Positions 1-10,535 are shown, counted from the stretch's first letter. The stretch: DNA of 64,000 nt from a candidate division FCPU426 bacterium (GCA_963771075.1 CAVYSE010000028.1:1-64000); one strand, 5' to 3'. Notes: generated from the sequence alone by a model not told the origin. Made by a program: numbers and translations.

Positions 1-2890
1 GGCGGACCAGGTGCTCAAAGCGCGTTGGCCTTGTGTCGCGCAACATGTCCATGGCGAAGCCGGTACCGAATTCAGGCACTCCCAAGGTGCCCAGGTCTTT
101 ATCGATCTTTTCCTTAAGCCCAAGGGCGTTGATCCCGGAAAAAAGGCTCATGGTCTTTTCATCATTCAACGGAATTCCCAGGGCGGGAATGCCGGTCATG
201 GCCTCCAACCTTTTCAAGCTGGTCGGGTTGTCATGTCCCAATATATCGAGCTTTACCAGGCAGTCATGCATGCTCCGGAAGTCGAAATGAGTGGTAATGA
301 CGTCCCCGTCTTTGTTGTCCGCCGGGAACTGGACCGGGCAGACGTCAGTGATTTCCATATCCTGCGGCAGGATGATGATTCCCCCCGGGTGCTGGCCCGT
401 GGTCTTGGATACACCCGAGCAACCCTTGACCATGCGGTTAAGTTCGGCATTTCGGACGGTTTTCCCGGCCTGCTCAAAATATTTTTTCACGAAGCCGAAG
501 GCGATCTTGTCCTGGACGGCCGAGATGGTTCCCGCCCTGAAGCAGAAATCTTTCCCAAAAAGTTCCTCGACGTACTTGTGCGCCACATGCTGGTACTCGC
601 CGGAGAAATTCAGGTCGATGTCCGGCATCTTGTCGCCCTTGAAACCCATGAAGACCTCGAAGGCAATGGAAAAGCCGTCCCGCGTCATGGGCTTGGAACA
701 CTTGGGACAATCCTTAGGTGGCAAATCAACCCCCGCCATGGAGGCGGGATTGGGGGGAAACTCATGGTGGCGGTCGGCCTCGCAGAGGTAATGGGGCGGA
801 AGGGGATTCACCTCGGTGATGCCGGTCAGGAAAGCCACGAAGGAACTGCCCACGCTCCCCCGGCTACCCACGATGTAACCGTCGGACATGGATTTTTTCA
901 CCAGTTTCATGGCGATCACATAAAGGGTCGCGAACTTGTTGTTGATAATGGAATCCAGTTCCTTTTGAAGCCGCTTATCGATCATCTCGGGCAAGGGGTT
1001 ACCGTAAAGCCCATGAGCCCTTTCGGTGGCGATCTCGCGCAATTCCGCATCCGCGGTGGCCCAAATGGGGGAAAGGGTTGTGCTGGGAAGGGGTTTCACA
1101 TCCTCGATCATCTCGGCGATCTTTCGGGGATTGGTGACCACCAATTCATGGGCCGTTTCTTCCCCGAAATACTCGAAATCCTTCTTCAACTCGTCGGTCG
1201 TCTTGAAATAAAGGGGCGCCTGGCGCTCCAGGCCGTAGCCCATGCCGGCGTGCAGGATCTTGCGGTACACATCATCCCGTGGGTCGATAAAATGGGAGTC
1301 CCCGGTGGCCACCACCAGTTTCCCCAACTTTTTGCCCAGGTCAAAGAGGGTGCGGGTGTGGGCCTGCAGTTCCTCCATGCTCTTGACCACCCCATCCTGG
1401 ATCATGAACTCGTTGTTGGCGCAGGGTTGGATCTCGATGTAATCGTAGAATTGGGCCACTTCCTCGACCGGTTTGGTCTTGTACAAAAGATGCTGCCAAA
1501 CCTCGCCCTGTTCGCAGGCGGAACCGAGAATCAACCCCTCCCGGTGCCCTTCCAGAAGTGCCTTGGGAATCAGGGGCCGTTTGTAAAAATAATCCATATG
1601 GCTTTTGGATACCAATTTATAAAGGTTCTTCAACCCCGTCCGGTTCTTGACCAAAAGGATGATGTGGTAGATAGGGAGGCCTTTTTCCTTGCGGAACTCA
1701 TCCACCAAATATCCTTCCATTCCCAGGATGAGCTTGATCTTATGGTTCTCGTCGGCTGCCTTGTTATGCTTTTCCACCGCGTTCATCGCCTCGGGGTAGG
1801 CCTGCACCACCCCATGGTCGGTGATGGCGATAGCGGGGTGCCCCCATTGGGCGGCGGTTTCGATCAAGCGATCGATCTTGGAGAGCCCGTCCATTCGGCT
1901 CATCTGGGTATGGCAATGCAGTTCCACCCGTTTTTCGGGAGCCCGATCCATTCGGGTCTCAGGCGCCGGGATCTTCATGATGTCCCGCGCGTTGAGGATA
2001 AGTTCGTTCGCGTCCCGGCTGTCGAATCGCAGGTCACCCCGTACCTTCAGCCAATCCCTTTCCCTGATGCCGCCCTTGAACTTGCCGTCGTTTTCGTGGA
2101 AGAAAAGCACATCGAGTGAATCGACGTAATCCGTGAGGGTCATCTTGACCATGTGACGCCCGCTTCGAGTTTGCCGCTGGTCGTATTGGATCACTTCCCC
2201 CTGGGCCACGAAGCCCTTCATCTCATCGGTGACATTCAGGGATTGGTGGGGTTCCGTCACCTTGCGTCCCAGGATGCTGACGCTTTGGGGCGTGATCGAG
2301 GCCACGAATTCCTCAGGTTTCTCCTCCGCCACGAGCGCCGATTTCGGAACGATGTCGGGGTTGATGGAAAGCTCGACCCGCCCCTTATACCCAATCCTCG
2401 CACGCAAAAGATCAGCCAGCACCTTCATGCATTGCTTGCGGTCCATCTGGAGGCGCGCGACCTCGTGGGGCACTTGAAAAGAGAGCTTGTCGCCCTGAAT
2501 TTCCAACCGGTAGTGGGTCAGCCAACCTTCCGCCACTTCGGTTTCTTCGATCAGGCAAAACATCAAATCTTTCTCGTGGGCTTTTAAATACTCATCCAAG
2601 GATGTTTCAGGGGATGAATAATGAACGTCCAAAACCACCCGCTGTACTCCCGGAATGGTTTCTTTCAGGTATTGGCTGACCAGGCCAAAAGTCGGCCCGG
2701 GAATACTGGCGGCCATTTTGATCCGTAGAACAAGGAGTGACTTTTCCGGATAGACCTGGACACCGATCAACTCCGACTCAAGGAGCCGTTCCTTCTCGAA
2801 ACATTGAAGGGGAATCTGTTGGATCAGGTCGTAGAAGGGAGAGGTGGCAGTTTCGGTCTCGGCGGACGAGGGGCTGCTGACGGGGGTCAT
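1..2890 (-). CDS. polC: DNA polymerase III PolC-type alpha subunit, runs off the left edge; lacks the inserted DEDDh exonuclease domain
   Basis: Missing from the ORF track because there is no stop in the window. Segments translated by hand in the frame of ATG 2890 (GGAGG upstream) give ELHCHTQMSRMDGL, AITDHGVVQAYPE, LGSACEQGE, ATGDSH, PDIDLNFSGEYQ, TTGQHPGGIII and GTLGVPEFGT, all PolC motifs. Confidence 0.93.
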   Translation of the reverse strand, partial: MTPVSSPSSAETETATSPFYDLIQQIPLQCFEKERLLESELIGVQVYPEKSLLVLRIKMAASIPGPTFGLVSQYLKETIPGVQRVVLDVHYSSPETSLDEYLKAHEKDLMFCLIEETEVAEGWLTHYRLEIQGDKLSFQVPHEVARLQMDRKQCMKVLADLLRARIGYKGRVELSINPDIVPKSALVAEEKPEEFVASITPQSVSILGRKVTEPHQSLNVTDEMKGFVAQGEVIQYDQRQTRSGRHMVKMTLTDYVDSLDVLFFHENDGKFKGGIRERDWLKVRGDLRFDSRDANELILNARDIMKIPAPETRMDRAPEKRVELHCHTQMSRMDGLSKIDRLIETAAQWGHPAIAITDHGVVQAYPEAMNAVEKHNKAADENHKIKLILGMEGYLVDEFRKEKGLPIYHIILLVKNRTGLKNLYKLVSKSHMDYFYKRPLIPKALLEGHREGLILGSACEQGEVWQHLLYKTKPVEEVAQFYDYIEIQPCANNEFMIQDGVVKSMEELQAHTRTLFDLGKKLGKLVVATGDSHFIDPRDDVYRKILHAGMGYGLERQAPLYFKTTDELKKDFEYFGEETAHELVVTNPRKIAEMIEDVKPLPSTTLSPIWATADAELREIATERAHGLYGNPLPEMIDKRLQKELDSIINNKFATLYVIAMKLVKKSMSDGYIVGSRGSVGSSFVAFLTGITEVNPLPPHYLCEADRHHEFPPNPASMAGVDLPPKDCPKCSKPMTRDGFSIAFEVFMGFKGDKMPDIDLNFSGEYQHVAHKYVEELFGKDFCFRAGTISAVQDKIAFGFVKKYFEQAGKTVRNAELNRMVKGCSGVSKTTGQHPGGIIILPQDMEITDVCPVQFPADNKDGDVITTHFDFRSMHDCLVKLDILGHDNPTSLKRLEAMTGIPALGIPLNDEKTMSLFSGINALGLKEKIDKDLGTLGVPEFGTGFAMDMLRDTRPTRFEHLVR

Positions 2891-2949
2891 CCTGCCTCCA
2901 AAACGGTTTTCAGGGGAAGAGTATAAGGGCTTGGGGCCTGCTCATTCGG

Positions 2950-2977
2950 AATATACAACCTGTGGACAGGATGTCAA
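2950..2977 (-). promoter_or_regulatory. Putative sigma70 promoter for polC
   Basis: Minus strand TTGACA-16 nt-TATATT about 60 nt upstream of the polC ATG, with an AT-rich tract further upstream. Confidence 0.5.
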
Positions 2978-3124
2978 TAATTTTAAATTGAGGTCTTATT
3001 TTTAAGAAAAAAGCCAAATAAAAAAATCAATCCTCCCTAAAACATTATTTTATTTATTTTGATTTAATGACTTTTTAAATTCTTAGAATCCATGAAATGC
3101 ATCGAATATTTCTAAAAAAGAAAA

Positions 3125-5299
3125 TTATCCTTGGACCGGTTGTGAAGTTTCTTCCACCATGCGGGCCAGGGCGTCGGTCATCTGCTGAAGGGTATCCGCA
3201 TCGAGCGAACCGAGGTAATCCGCCAAGGTTTCGGCCATGACCATGCCCATCTGGGATGCCTGTCCCTTCCCCGACTTGACCGCGAAATCATGCAAAAAGG
3301 TCAAAAGATCCTCGATGTTTCGGTCGGCGACATCCTTATCGGTTTCAGGCAGTTTCAAGACGATATTCACTCCCGGCATTTCGGTTTTCGCTTTCTCGGC
3401 AAGAAACTCCGCCAGTTGACGCATTTTTTCCCAGGGAGTCACCGTCTCCCAGGGAAATATGGTCTGGCCGGGTAAGGCGGGCTTCGGGGGTTTGGGCTGA
3501 CCCAGAGTTTTCACGGCCGGTTTAGGCTGAAGTTGGCGGGCCTGGTAACCCTGGTTCACCATTTCAAAGAGGGGCCTGACATAACCTTCGAGCGCTAATT
3601 TGGCGGCCTGGGTAATCTTGACCTGGGCCGCCAGCTTGGCTTTGAAGGCCATGATACGCTGGGGGGTCTGGTTGGTCTTGATCTCATTTTGGGTTTGGAC
3701 CAGCAGTTTATTTTGGATCTCCTGCTGGGTCTGGAACTCTTGTTTGGCCGCGATAACCCCCTGCTTGGCCGCTAGAACCTTTTTCAAACAGTTCCACAGG
3801 TCATAGGTGAAACGTCCATCAGGCGACTGCTGGGCTTTTAAGAATTCCTGCAGGGCCGAAATGAGCGCCTCCGCCTTCCGCCCTTTTAAGGTATCCAAGA
3901 TCGCGCCGGTCGTCGCGCGATTCTGGGCGAGGAATGACCTCATTCTTTCATAGACCATCATTCTCGGGTCTTTGAGCACATTGGGCGGCAAGGCGTTTCG
4001 CAAGGCCGGGTCCAATTCGCAGACCCTCAGTTTTCCCAGGGGAAAGGTGCTGTATTTCCTGACGAGGGACTCGAATTCCTTCCGGGTCCGGATGATGAAA
4101 TAAAAATGGGATTGGTCCCTGTCATCGAAGAAGGAAGCGATCAGAAGCTCATTGAATCCCAGCACTTGCTTGAGCTCGGGATCCTTATAATCGGGCAGGA
4201 TCGGGTAGATGAACGCGTAGTAATCAATTTTAGTTTTCCGTCCCTCCGGCTGAGGCGGCTCATAGGTCAGGCGGGTTTTCAACTCACTGATCTTGACCCC
4301 GTCCTGGAGCCGGATCGGTTCGCGCGACATGACCTTGTGACCCGCGCCGTAAAGAACCCGGCTGTCGTCCGGCTTGACATCCTCCTTCTCCACCACCGTT
4401 TCCGTTTCCTCGGCCAGCAAGGCGTCAAAATCGGTCTCGTGCAGGTTCGCCATCAACAGTTCGGTTTCCTTGTCCCTTTTACCGTTGACCTCCTGGGTCC
4501 GGTCCTTGAAAAAGCAGTCGAACCAGTAGGGCTTGTTTGTGTTTTCGCCCTTCACCGCCACGCCCAGGAATCCAGGCCAATAAAAGACTTGTTCCTTGTC
4601 CAGCTTGTCTTGTTTCCCATCCAACTTTTGGAAAAGGGCGGTCGCGGGAAGATCCCCGGTCATCCCAGGCCAAAAGACGCGGATCATGGTCTTAACATTG
4701 TCGAGCTTATCTTGCTCCGACTCCGAGGACATTTTCAGGTTATCGAGAACAACGGTCGTGATGTTGGGTTTCGGCTCAAAACGGCCCGGTTTGGCCTGGT
4801 TGGCCTCTTCCTCAGCCAGTAATTTCCCGGCCTGCATCGACACCTCAAGCAATATGCCCTTTTTCAAACCCCGGTCATGCACATAGACGTCGCGCATGAG
4901 TTGAAGGACGATCTCGTCATTCTCTTTTTTCCAAGCCAGGTAATCCAAGACCTTTTGGCAAAAGACTTCCGTCTCCAATCCCTCGGGCTTGGGTGTTTCC
5001 CCTTTAAAATGTTCGACGATTTTGGCGGCGTCCACGGCGCTATCGTCGGTGATTCCACCCGAGGAAATAGCGTCACGGAGGGTTCTCACCAGGCGGTCGG
5101 AGGTATTTTCATTGAGGGAAAGCACGACTTGTTGGAGAAAGCTCTTGCTGTTGGCGTTAACAGCGGCGGTCAAGACTTCCTTGAAGAAATCGGTGACCAA
5201 CAAGCGTTCTTTCGTCTTTTCGTGCGCGAGGACAATTCGCTCTTGTTGGTTAAGGGTGACGGCTTTGATATGTTTTTGTTTTTCTGGGCCTTCGGGCAT
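3125..5299 (-). CDS. Hypothetical protein (724 aa), charged and helical, no recognised family
   Basis: Long ORF with protein-like composition; GGA upstream of the ATG; Gln/Lys/Ala-rich coiled-coil-like segment near the C-terminus. Confidence 0.75.
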   Translation of the reverse strand: MPEGPEKQKHIKAVTLNQQERIVLAHEKTKERLLVTDFFKEVLTAAVNANSKSFLQQVVLSLNENTSDRLVRTLRDAISSGGITDDSAVDAAKIVEHFKGETPKPEGLETEVFCQKVLDYLAWKKENDEIVLQLMRDVYVHDRGLKKGILLEVSMQAGKLLAEEEANQAKPGRFEPKPNITTVVLDNLKMSSESEQDKLDNVKTMIRVFWPGMTGDLPATALFQKLDGKQDKLDKEQVFYWPGFLGVAVKGENTNKPYWFDCFFKDRTQEVNGKRDKETELLMANLHETDFDALLAEETETVVEKEDVKPDDSRVLYGAGHKVMSREPIRLQDGVKISELKTRLTYEPPQPEGRKTKIDYYAFIYPILPDYKDPELKQVLGFNELLIASFFDDRDQSHFYFIIRTRKEFESLVRKYSTFPLGKLRVCELDPALRNALPPNVLKDPRMMVYERMRSFLAQNRATTGAILDTLKGRKAEALISALQEFLKAQQSPDGRFTYDLWNCLKKVLAAKQGVIAAKQEFQTQQEIQNKLLVQTQNEIKTNQTPQRIMAFKAKLAAQVKITQAAKLALEGYVRPLFEMVNQGYQARQLQPKPAVKTLGQPKPPKPALPGQTIFPWETVTPWEKMRQLAEFLAEKAKTEMPGVNIVLKLPETDKDVADRNIEDLLTFLHDFAVKSGKGQASQMGMVMAETLADYLGSLDADTLQQMTDALARMVEETSQPVQG

Positions 5300-5651
5300 T
5301 TCAGTCCTTTTACCGACTTATTCCCGCGCCTGCCTATTTCGGGCTCCCCGCCAGGCGTGTCCATCCCAATTACAATACACCCTCTCGGACCAGACCTCCT
5401 CAAATAAAAATCAAGGTCAGAAATTAATCATATGATTCGGTCTATTCAGGGATTATCTCTAATGAACGCCTGGTTACCAGTTTAAAAGATCGCGCAAGCG
5501 TTTTGACAAGTTCTGCTCATCCAAGTCTCTCTGTCGTTTTCATCGAGAAAACTATGATTGAAAACATAAACCGGAGGTGAAAAAACATCGCCCCTTTTTG
5601 CCGATGGCGAACAAAACTTGATCGTTTCTCCGAGGGGCCAAAACAACAGGC

Positions 5652-7754
5652 TTATTGATTCATGCGTTGCATTAATTGGATCGCCCGCACGTTCGTAGGG
5701 TCCAGGTCCAAGGTCTTTTGGATCCATTTCCGGGCCTCAGGCTTATCCCCCCCCTGGTAAGCGGTCAACCCCGCAAAGAAATAGACATCGCTGTCTTGGG
5801 GGGCCGTCTGGACGGCCTTTTGGATCCAAATCCTCGCCTGATCCATGTTTCCCAGGTGGAAATAATCGATACCAATGCCGATGAGTACGGCATGGTGAAA
5901 GAGGACGGCATTGTAAAGATCACCCAAGTGCTCGAAATCGGAATCATCTTCAATAACCGACTGGGAAGGCGCCGGGTTCCAATCCTTGATCACCATCAGG
6001 TCCGCCAAACTTTTTCCATACCATTCACGCGGTTTCCCCGCAAAAGCGGATGGATTTCTTTCATGGGAATTCTTCAGCTTGTCGGCCTGGTTCAATTCGT
6101 ACAAGGCCAGCGCCAGGCGTTTCGTTCCGTAATCCTGTAAGACCCCGTTCCATGTTCGCATGTCCACCGAGGAATGGGGTGGGTATAAATGCCTTAGACG
6201 AGCGTTCTTCCAGAAAACGTCATTGGCCTCCGGGTTGAAAACGGATGGGCGGGTGGGCGGCGTTCCCTCTTGGGTAAGCCCCCAGGGAGCCAAGCCTAGT
6301 TTTTCGAGCCCCTCATCCTTGGGTGGAAAAGAGATGAAAAAACGCCTTTGGGGATTATTCTCCACCATCCAAGGAAACAAGGGCCCGAAGTAATAAACCT
6401 TATCCGGATCGTGTTCCGGAAAGGGGACCTTCAGGCCCGCATGGGACCGGGCCAGCTGGATCCGGTTCCAATCCATCGTCAGGCTGGAGCCCACGACACA
6501 GAGGTCCGGCCGCTTGCCTTCCACCCACTGGAAAAACCAACTGGGAAATTGAAGTTCATCACCTTGGCAAAAGAAACAAGCGTCGCGCGGTAAGGCTTTG
6601 AAGGCGTTAAGGGTGTAATCGTAGACACAGGTGTAGTCGCCCTGGCTGCTTTTCCCCACCCGGTATACCGCCCCGGCGAGGCAAAGGGTCAGAAGAACCA
6701 CGTTCAAAACAATGGTGATCTTCTTTTCTTTGCCCCAAAGATGGAATAACCCGTTCGCGCCGAGGCCCGAGAACAGAATGAGGAAAACCCATGAAGAAAC
6801 GGAGTAATCTTCTAGAAGGGAGAGTCGAGTTCCCGAAAAGTTGGAAAAAGCGCTCACCGCCACCGCCAGCCCCGCCCATGCCGTCAACAAACCCCACGAA
6901 CGTCTCCGTTCCCTTTTCCATTCCAGCCCAATCCCCGCCAAGGCCAGAAGTCCAAAACCCGGGATTTCCAAAAAAGCCGAGCGTAGGTAATAGGTCAACG
7001 CGTGAAACCATTGGAGGGGGCTTGGGGACAAGTCCCGACCCTTGTCGATATAGCGGGAGACATGTTTGAGGAATAGTTCCAGGTGCGCGGGATAACCCCA
7101 ATTGATCACCGGTTCGTTCACTGCGCGCATTGGCAGGTAAAGATAAAGGGAACAACCCAGGAGAAGGAATAGAACGGCTTGGATCAAATCCCGCCTGTTC
7201 CAAGACTTTTGCCTGTTTCTTTCAAAAGCCACCCAAACCAGGCCGGGCCCATAGGCCGCCATGCTCATCCAGTGGCCACCCATGGAAAGGCCGTACAGAA
7301 ATGCTGCCAATTTCAGGCGTCCTCCCAACAGGCTCAGCAGGATGGCTAGGACGAATACCCCGGCGAGTTCATAAATACCTCTCTTGGCGCTCAGCGCCGA
7401 GGGATAGGTGGTGGCGCCCGCCATCCATAAAACGGCGAAAGCTAAGCTGATGACCTTGGGAACGTGGAACCCGCGTGACAGGGACAAAAAAAGGAGCAAG
7501 CTGATAAGGGCGGCCAGGAGGGCAGAAAGCAGATTGACGCTGAAACACAATGGAAAAGGCAGTAAAGACATGAGCCGGCCGGCCAGCATGTAGATCGGAT
7601 AACCGGGTGGATGCGCCACCCCCAAGGTGGCGGAAGCCGTAATGATCTCAGGGCTGTCATCCGTATAAAAGGTGGGATTAAGCCCTAACAAGGCACACTC
7701 AAAAACGGCTAGGAAAACGAGGGAACCCAAGAGAAAGTTTTTCAAATGGACCAC
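5652..7754 (-). CDS. DUF2723/TMEM260-like GT-C membrane glycosyltransferase with C-terminal TPR
   Basis: N-terminal DDSPEIITASATLGVAHPPGYPIY motif, about 10 TM segments, YLYLPMRA..PVINWG, TPR-like C-terminus. Confidence 0.85.
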   Translation of the reverse strand: MVHLKNFLLGSLVFLAVFECALLGLNPTFYTDDSPEIITASATLGVAHPPGYPIYMLAGRLMSLLPFPLCFSVNLLSALLAALISLLLFLSLSRGFHVPKVISLAFAVLWMAGATTYPSALSAKRGIYELAGVFVLAILLSLLGGRLKLAAFLYGLSMGGHWMSMAAYGPGLVWVAFERNRQKSWNRRDLIQAVLFLLLGCSLYLYLPMRAVNEPVINWGYPAHLELFLKHVSRYIDKGRDLSPSPLQWFHALTYYLRSAFLEIPGFGLLALAGIGLEWKRERRRSWGLLTAWAGLAVAVSAFSNFSGTRLSLLEDYSVSSWVFLILFSGLGANGLFHLWGKEKKITIVLNVVLLTLCLAGAVYRVGKSSQGDYTCVYDYTLNAFKALPRDACFFCQGDELQFPSWFFQWVEGKRPDLCVVGSSLTMDWNRIQLARSHAGLKVPFPEHDPDKVYYFGPLFPWMVENNPQRRFFISFPPKDEGLEKLGLAPWGLTQEGTPPTRPSVFNPEANDVFWKNARLRHLYPPHSSVDMRTWNGVLQDYGTKRLALALYELNQADKLKNSHERNPSAFAGKPREWYGKSLADLMVIKDWNPAPSQSVIEDDSDFEHLGDLYNAVLFHHAVLIGIGIDYFHLGNMDQARIWIQKAVQTAPQDSDVYFFAGLTAYQGGDKPEARKWIQKTLDLDPTNVRAIQLMQRMNQ

Positions 7755-7782
7755 CTAAACTCAGGACATCTATTGTTATTAA

Positions 7783-8637
7783 TTAAGGGTCAAAAAAGAC
7801 GCCCATGGACCAATGGTCGTCGGACATAAGGTAAAACTGGCCATATTCGCTATTGCCGTTGAAATAGGTGACCGCCATCCGGATGGCGCCGCGGGAATCG
7901 GGCTTATCCTTCCATTGGAGCCCAAGCTCGAACTGTTGGTTCAACACGCCCCCCGCCTCCCCCTTGACCTTCCCATCGTAAGTGAAATAGCCCTGGACGA
8001 TAGTTCCAAAGAGAAAGGGGGTGGGTGAGGAATAAAACTCCGCGCCCAAATGGGCGAAGAAGCGGTTGTCGGGAATGGAAATATGGGAGTAATAACCCAG
8101 TCCTCCGTAAAGGCGGATGGAATCCTTGATTGGATAATAGGAAAGGAGGTAGCGGAAACTTTCCCGGGAATAGATGATGCGGTCAACCTGGTTAAATAGT
8201 TCGTCTCCCAGGTGGGAGCTGACGTGAAGGTATTCCAGCCGGTGGGAAAGGTCGCCCGTCTTTTCACTGAAGTAGGTCCCCAAGTACCAATCGCTTGCCC
8301 TTTCGGGAAAAACCCCGTCCCCCAGCGAATCCAGCTCGATAAAACTATCCCCATCAATTCCCCACCCCCATTGGGTTCGGTCTCCAGGAGACCATTGGAG
8401 CAATTCAATGAATTTGCCGATGGAACCCTCAAATCGGGGCTGGTCCACCTGGGCGATCAGGCTGTTCTGGGGTTCGCGTGGGTCGCCAATGATGTTGTCG
8501 AAGGTCGTTTCAGCTGGCAGGAAAAAAAGATTAGATTCTCCAGCCACCACCGTTGGCACAATAAAAGAGAAAAAAAGGGGGAATATCAGCGCCATTACCA
8601 AAGGGACCTTGAGACGTAAGAGTGACAATTTTTCCAA
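7783..8637 (-). CDS. DUF1207-like outer-membrane protein, copy 2 (start uncertain: TTG 8637 or ATG 8595)
   Basis: IGDPREP and HVSSHLGDE motifs, YFNGNSEYGQFY, aromatic beta-strand C-terminus; paralogue of the upstream gene. Confidence 0.75.
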   Translation of the reverse strand: MEKLSLLRLKVPLVMALIFPLFFSFIVPTVVAGESNLFFLPAETTFDNIIGDPREPQNSLIAQVDQPRFEGSIGKFIELLQWSPGDRTQWGWGIDGDSFIELDSLGDGVFPERASDWYLGTYFSEKTGDLSHRLEYLHVSSHLGDELFNQVDRIIYSRESFRYLLSYYPIKDSIRLYGGLGYYSHISIPDNRFFAHLGAEFYSSPTPFLFGTIVQGYFTYDGKVKGEAGGVLNQQFELGLQWKDKPDSRGAIRMAVTYFNGNSEYGQFYLMSDDHWSMGVFFDP

Positions 8638-8743
8638 AAGATTCTTTAATCCAAACAAATCTTGGTTTGTCTTGGGTTTATACAATGAGATAGGTTTCCT
8701 CTGTGCCTCTATTCCCCCGGGATGAATATTTTCATCTTTAAAT

Positions 8744-9586
8744 TCAGAAATCAAAGAACACCCCCAGGGCCCAATGGGTGTCGTAATCCTGATAGAACTG
8801 CCCGTATTCGGAATGGCCGTCATAATAAATCAGGGCAAGCCGGAGGGCCCGTCCGCCTTGGGGCTTGAGTCCCGCCCTCAAGCCCAACTGCCAAGTCTTA
8901 TTGAAGGTATTGGGGGTCTCCCCCTTGTAGGTCAAGTCCAGGCTGGTATAGGCCCGAATGTCCGTTTGTTCAGAGCCAAAGGAGGGACTGTAAAGTTCAC
9001 CCCCGAACGAACAAAAGAACGGGTCCCCCACTGGCGCCATGTTCTCCCAATAACCGATTCGGGTGTAAAGGCGGTAAAGTCCAGGGTCGGCATAGGAAAG
9101 GGCTAGATTGAAATTTTCACGGCTGATAAAAACAGGGTCTTGAATTCCCTGGAGGGAATCCCCCAGGTGAGAGCTCTCGTGCTCGAACTCGAGGCGTCCC
9201 GAGAATTGATCCAACTTCCCGCTGAGATACATCCCGGCGTACCAATCCCCGCCCCGCATGGGAAAGGTGGCTCCGTCCTCATCCAATAGGATGTAACCCG
9301 AACCAAAAATTCCCCATCCCCATTGGGGGCCATTTTCGGGTTGATACCGCAGCAATTCCACGAAGGAGCCAAGGACACCCTCATAACGGCTTTGATTGGT
9401 GTAACCAAGGAGAGCGATCTGGGGTTCACGGGGGTCGGCGACCATGGGCGTAAAAAGCGGTGTGACCGGCAACAGGGACCATGTATTCGATTCTGCGAAT
9501 AAGGACCCCGGGCGGGAAAGGACGATCAAAAGACTCAAGAAAACGGAGGAAAGAAAGGGATGGGAGGTTTTCATGGGTTTGAACAT
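8744..9586 (-). CDS. DUF1207-like outer-membrane protein, copy 1
   Basis: Signal peptide, VADPREP, HESSHLGD, YYDGHSEYGQFY, ends LGVFFDF. Confidence 0.78.
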   Translation of the reverse strand: MFKPMKTSHPFLSSVFLSLLIVLSRPGSLFAESNTWSLLPVTPLFTPMVADPREPQIALLGYTNQSRYEGVLGSFVELLRYQPENGPQWGWGIFGSGYILLDEDGATFPMRGGDWYAGMYLSGKLDQFSGRLEFEHESSHLGDSLQGIQDPVFISRENFNLALSYADPGLYRLYTRIGYWENMAPVGDPFFCSFGGELYSPSFGSEQTDIRAYTSLDLTYKGETPNTFNKTWQLGLRAGLKPQGGRALRLALIYYDGHSEYGQFYQDYDTHWALGVFFDF

Positions 9587-9599
9587 GGTAACGGCCCTC

Positions 9600-10301
9600 T
9601 TATAAAGGGGCAAGATCATCCGTTAACACCGAGATGAATTTCGAAGGCGGAAAAGAACTTTTTTGAAGGCCCGGAAAACCTCCCCACTGAAACGAAATCC
9701 TCAAGTAATCGATAAAGGTCGTTTTGTGGCTTTCTTCCAGCAGGAGCGCGTCCACATTCGGATTGGGCAACTCGATGGCGTAAGCCCGTCCACCTTCCAG
9801 TCCCGCCTTATGTTTTGAATCCGGACTTAGTTCCATCCTGAATTTCTTGCGTTCCTTGGGCTTTTGCTTTTCAGTTATTTCCTGCCATTCCGGGAAACTG
9901 TAATCCAAAAAATAGGGGAATGGCTCGATGGCCAAAGGATCGGGGTAATCCTCCGGAAAAAGGTCCGGATGCCGGCCAGTTAAGTTCACCGACCCGATCA
10001 TTTGGTAAAAATACCGTACGGAAAGGGGGACCGGACCCGCCAGCTTCTCCAACTCCCCGATCTTCTTGGTAATATCCTCGGAGGGCGGGAAATAGATCTC
10101 GCTTGGATAGGTGAACTCGTACTGAAGGCCCTTCAAGCGATCAATGATGCGTTCCACATTAATTTGGACCCGCTCCATGGTCTCCGTGGCAACCGCCTCG
10201 GCGTCTTTCCGGGTTTCGGGGTCCTCGATCTTGCCCAAGGCCAACAGCTCCGCCCACACCTGCTTGTATTCGCCATGGAGATATCGTTCCAAATAAGACA
10301 T
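9600..10301 (-). CDS. Conserved hypothetical protein, possibly SMI1/KNR4 (SUKH)-like
   Basis: IGELEKLAGPVPLSVRYFYQMIG resembles the SUKH helix-P-helix core and TFIDYLR resembles its C-terminal motif; start set to MSYLERY (GAAGGG context not used, ATG 10301). Confidence 0.55.
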   Translation of the reverse strand: MSYLERYLHGEYKQVWAELLALGKIEDPETRKDAEAVATETMERVQINVERIIDRLKGLQYEFTYPSEIYFPPSEDITKKIGELEKLAGPVPLSVRYFYQMIGSVNLTGRHPDLFPEDYPDPLAIEPFPYFLDYSFPEWQEITEKQKPKERKKFRMELSPDSKHKAGLEGGRAYAIELPNPNVDALLLEESHKTTFIDYLRISFQWGGFPGLQKSSFPPSKFISVLTDDLAPL

Positions 10302-10331
10302 GGGCCAGCCCCTGAAGGGAACATCAAAACA

Positions 10332-10525
10332 TTCACCACGGAGGCACCGAGACACCAGGAAAAATCGTCTCGAATGCCGACAAACGAAATCAATGGAGAG
10401 ATGCCCTTAAGGCTCATTATAGAAGCGATGGGTATAACTCCACAATTTTTCACCATCGTAAGCCAGGCATGAGAATGGGAAAACCAAATTAAGGGTTTAC
10501 CCTTATCCTTGGGTCTCTGAGGTGA
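10332..10525. repeat. Degenerate intergenic inverted-repeat element (TTCACCAC...GTGGTGAA family)
   Basis: Left arm TTCACCACGGAGGCACCGAGACACCAGG; decayed right arm CCTTGGGTCTCTGAGGTGA. Confidence 0.5.
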
Positions 10526-10535
10526 GATCGTGGTT

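Noticed and set aside
11..2119. 702-aa plus-strand ORF
   Set aside because: Antisense shadow of polC; the diagnostic motifs are on the minus strand.
2959..2970. DnaA box or replication origin near polC
   Set aside because: A single degenerate CTGTCCACA, with no box cluster or dnaA context.
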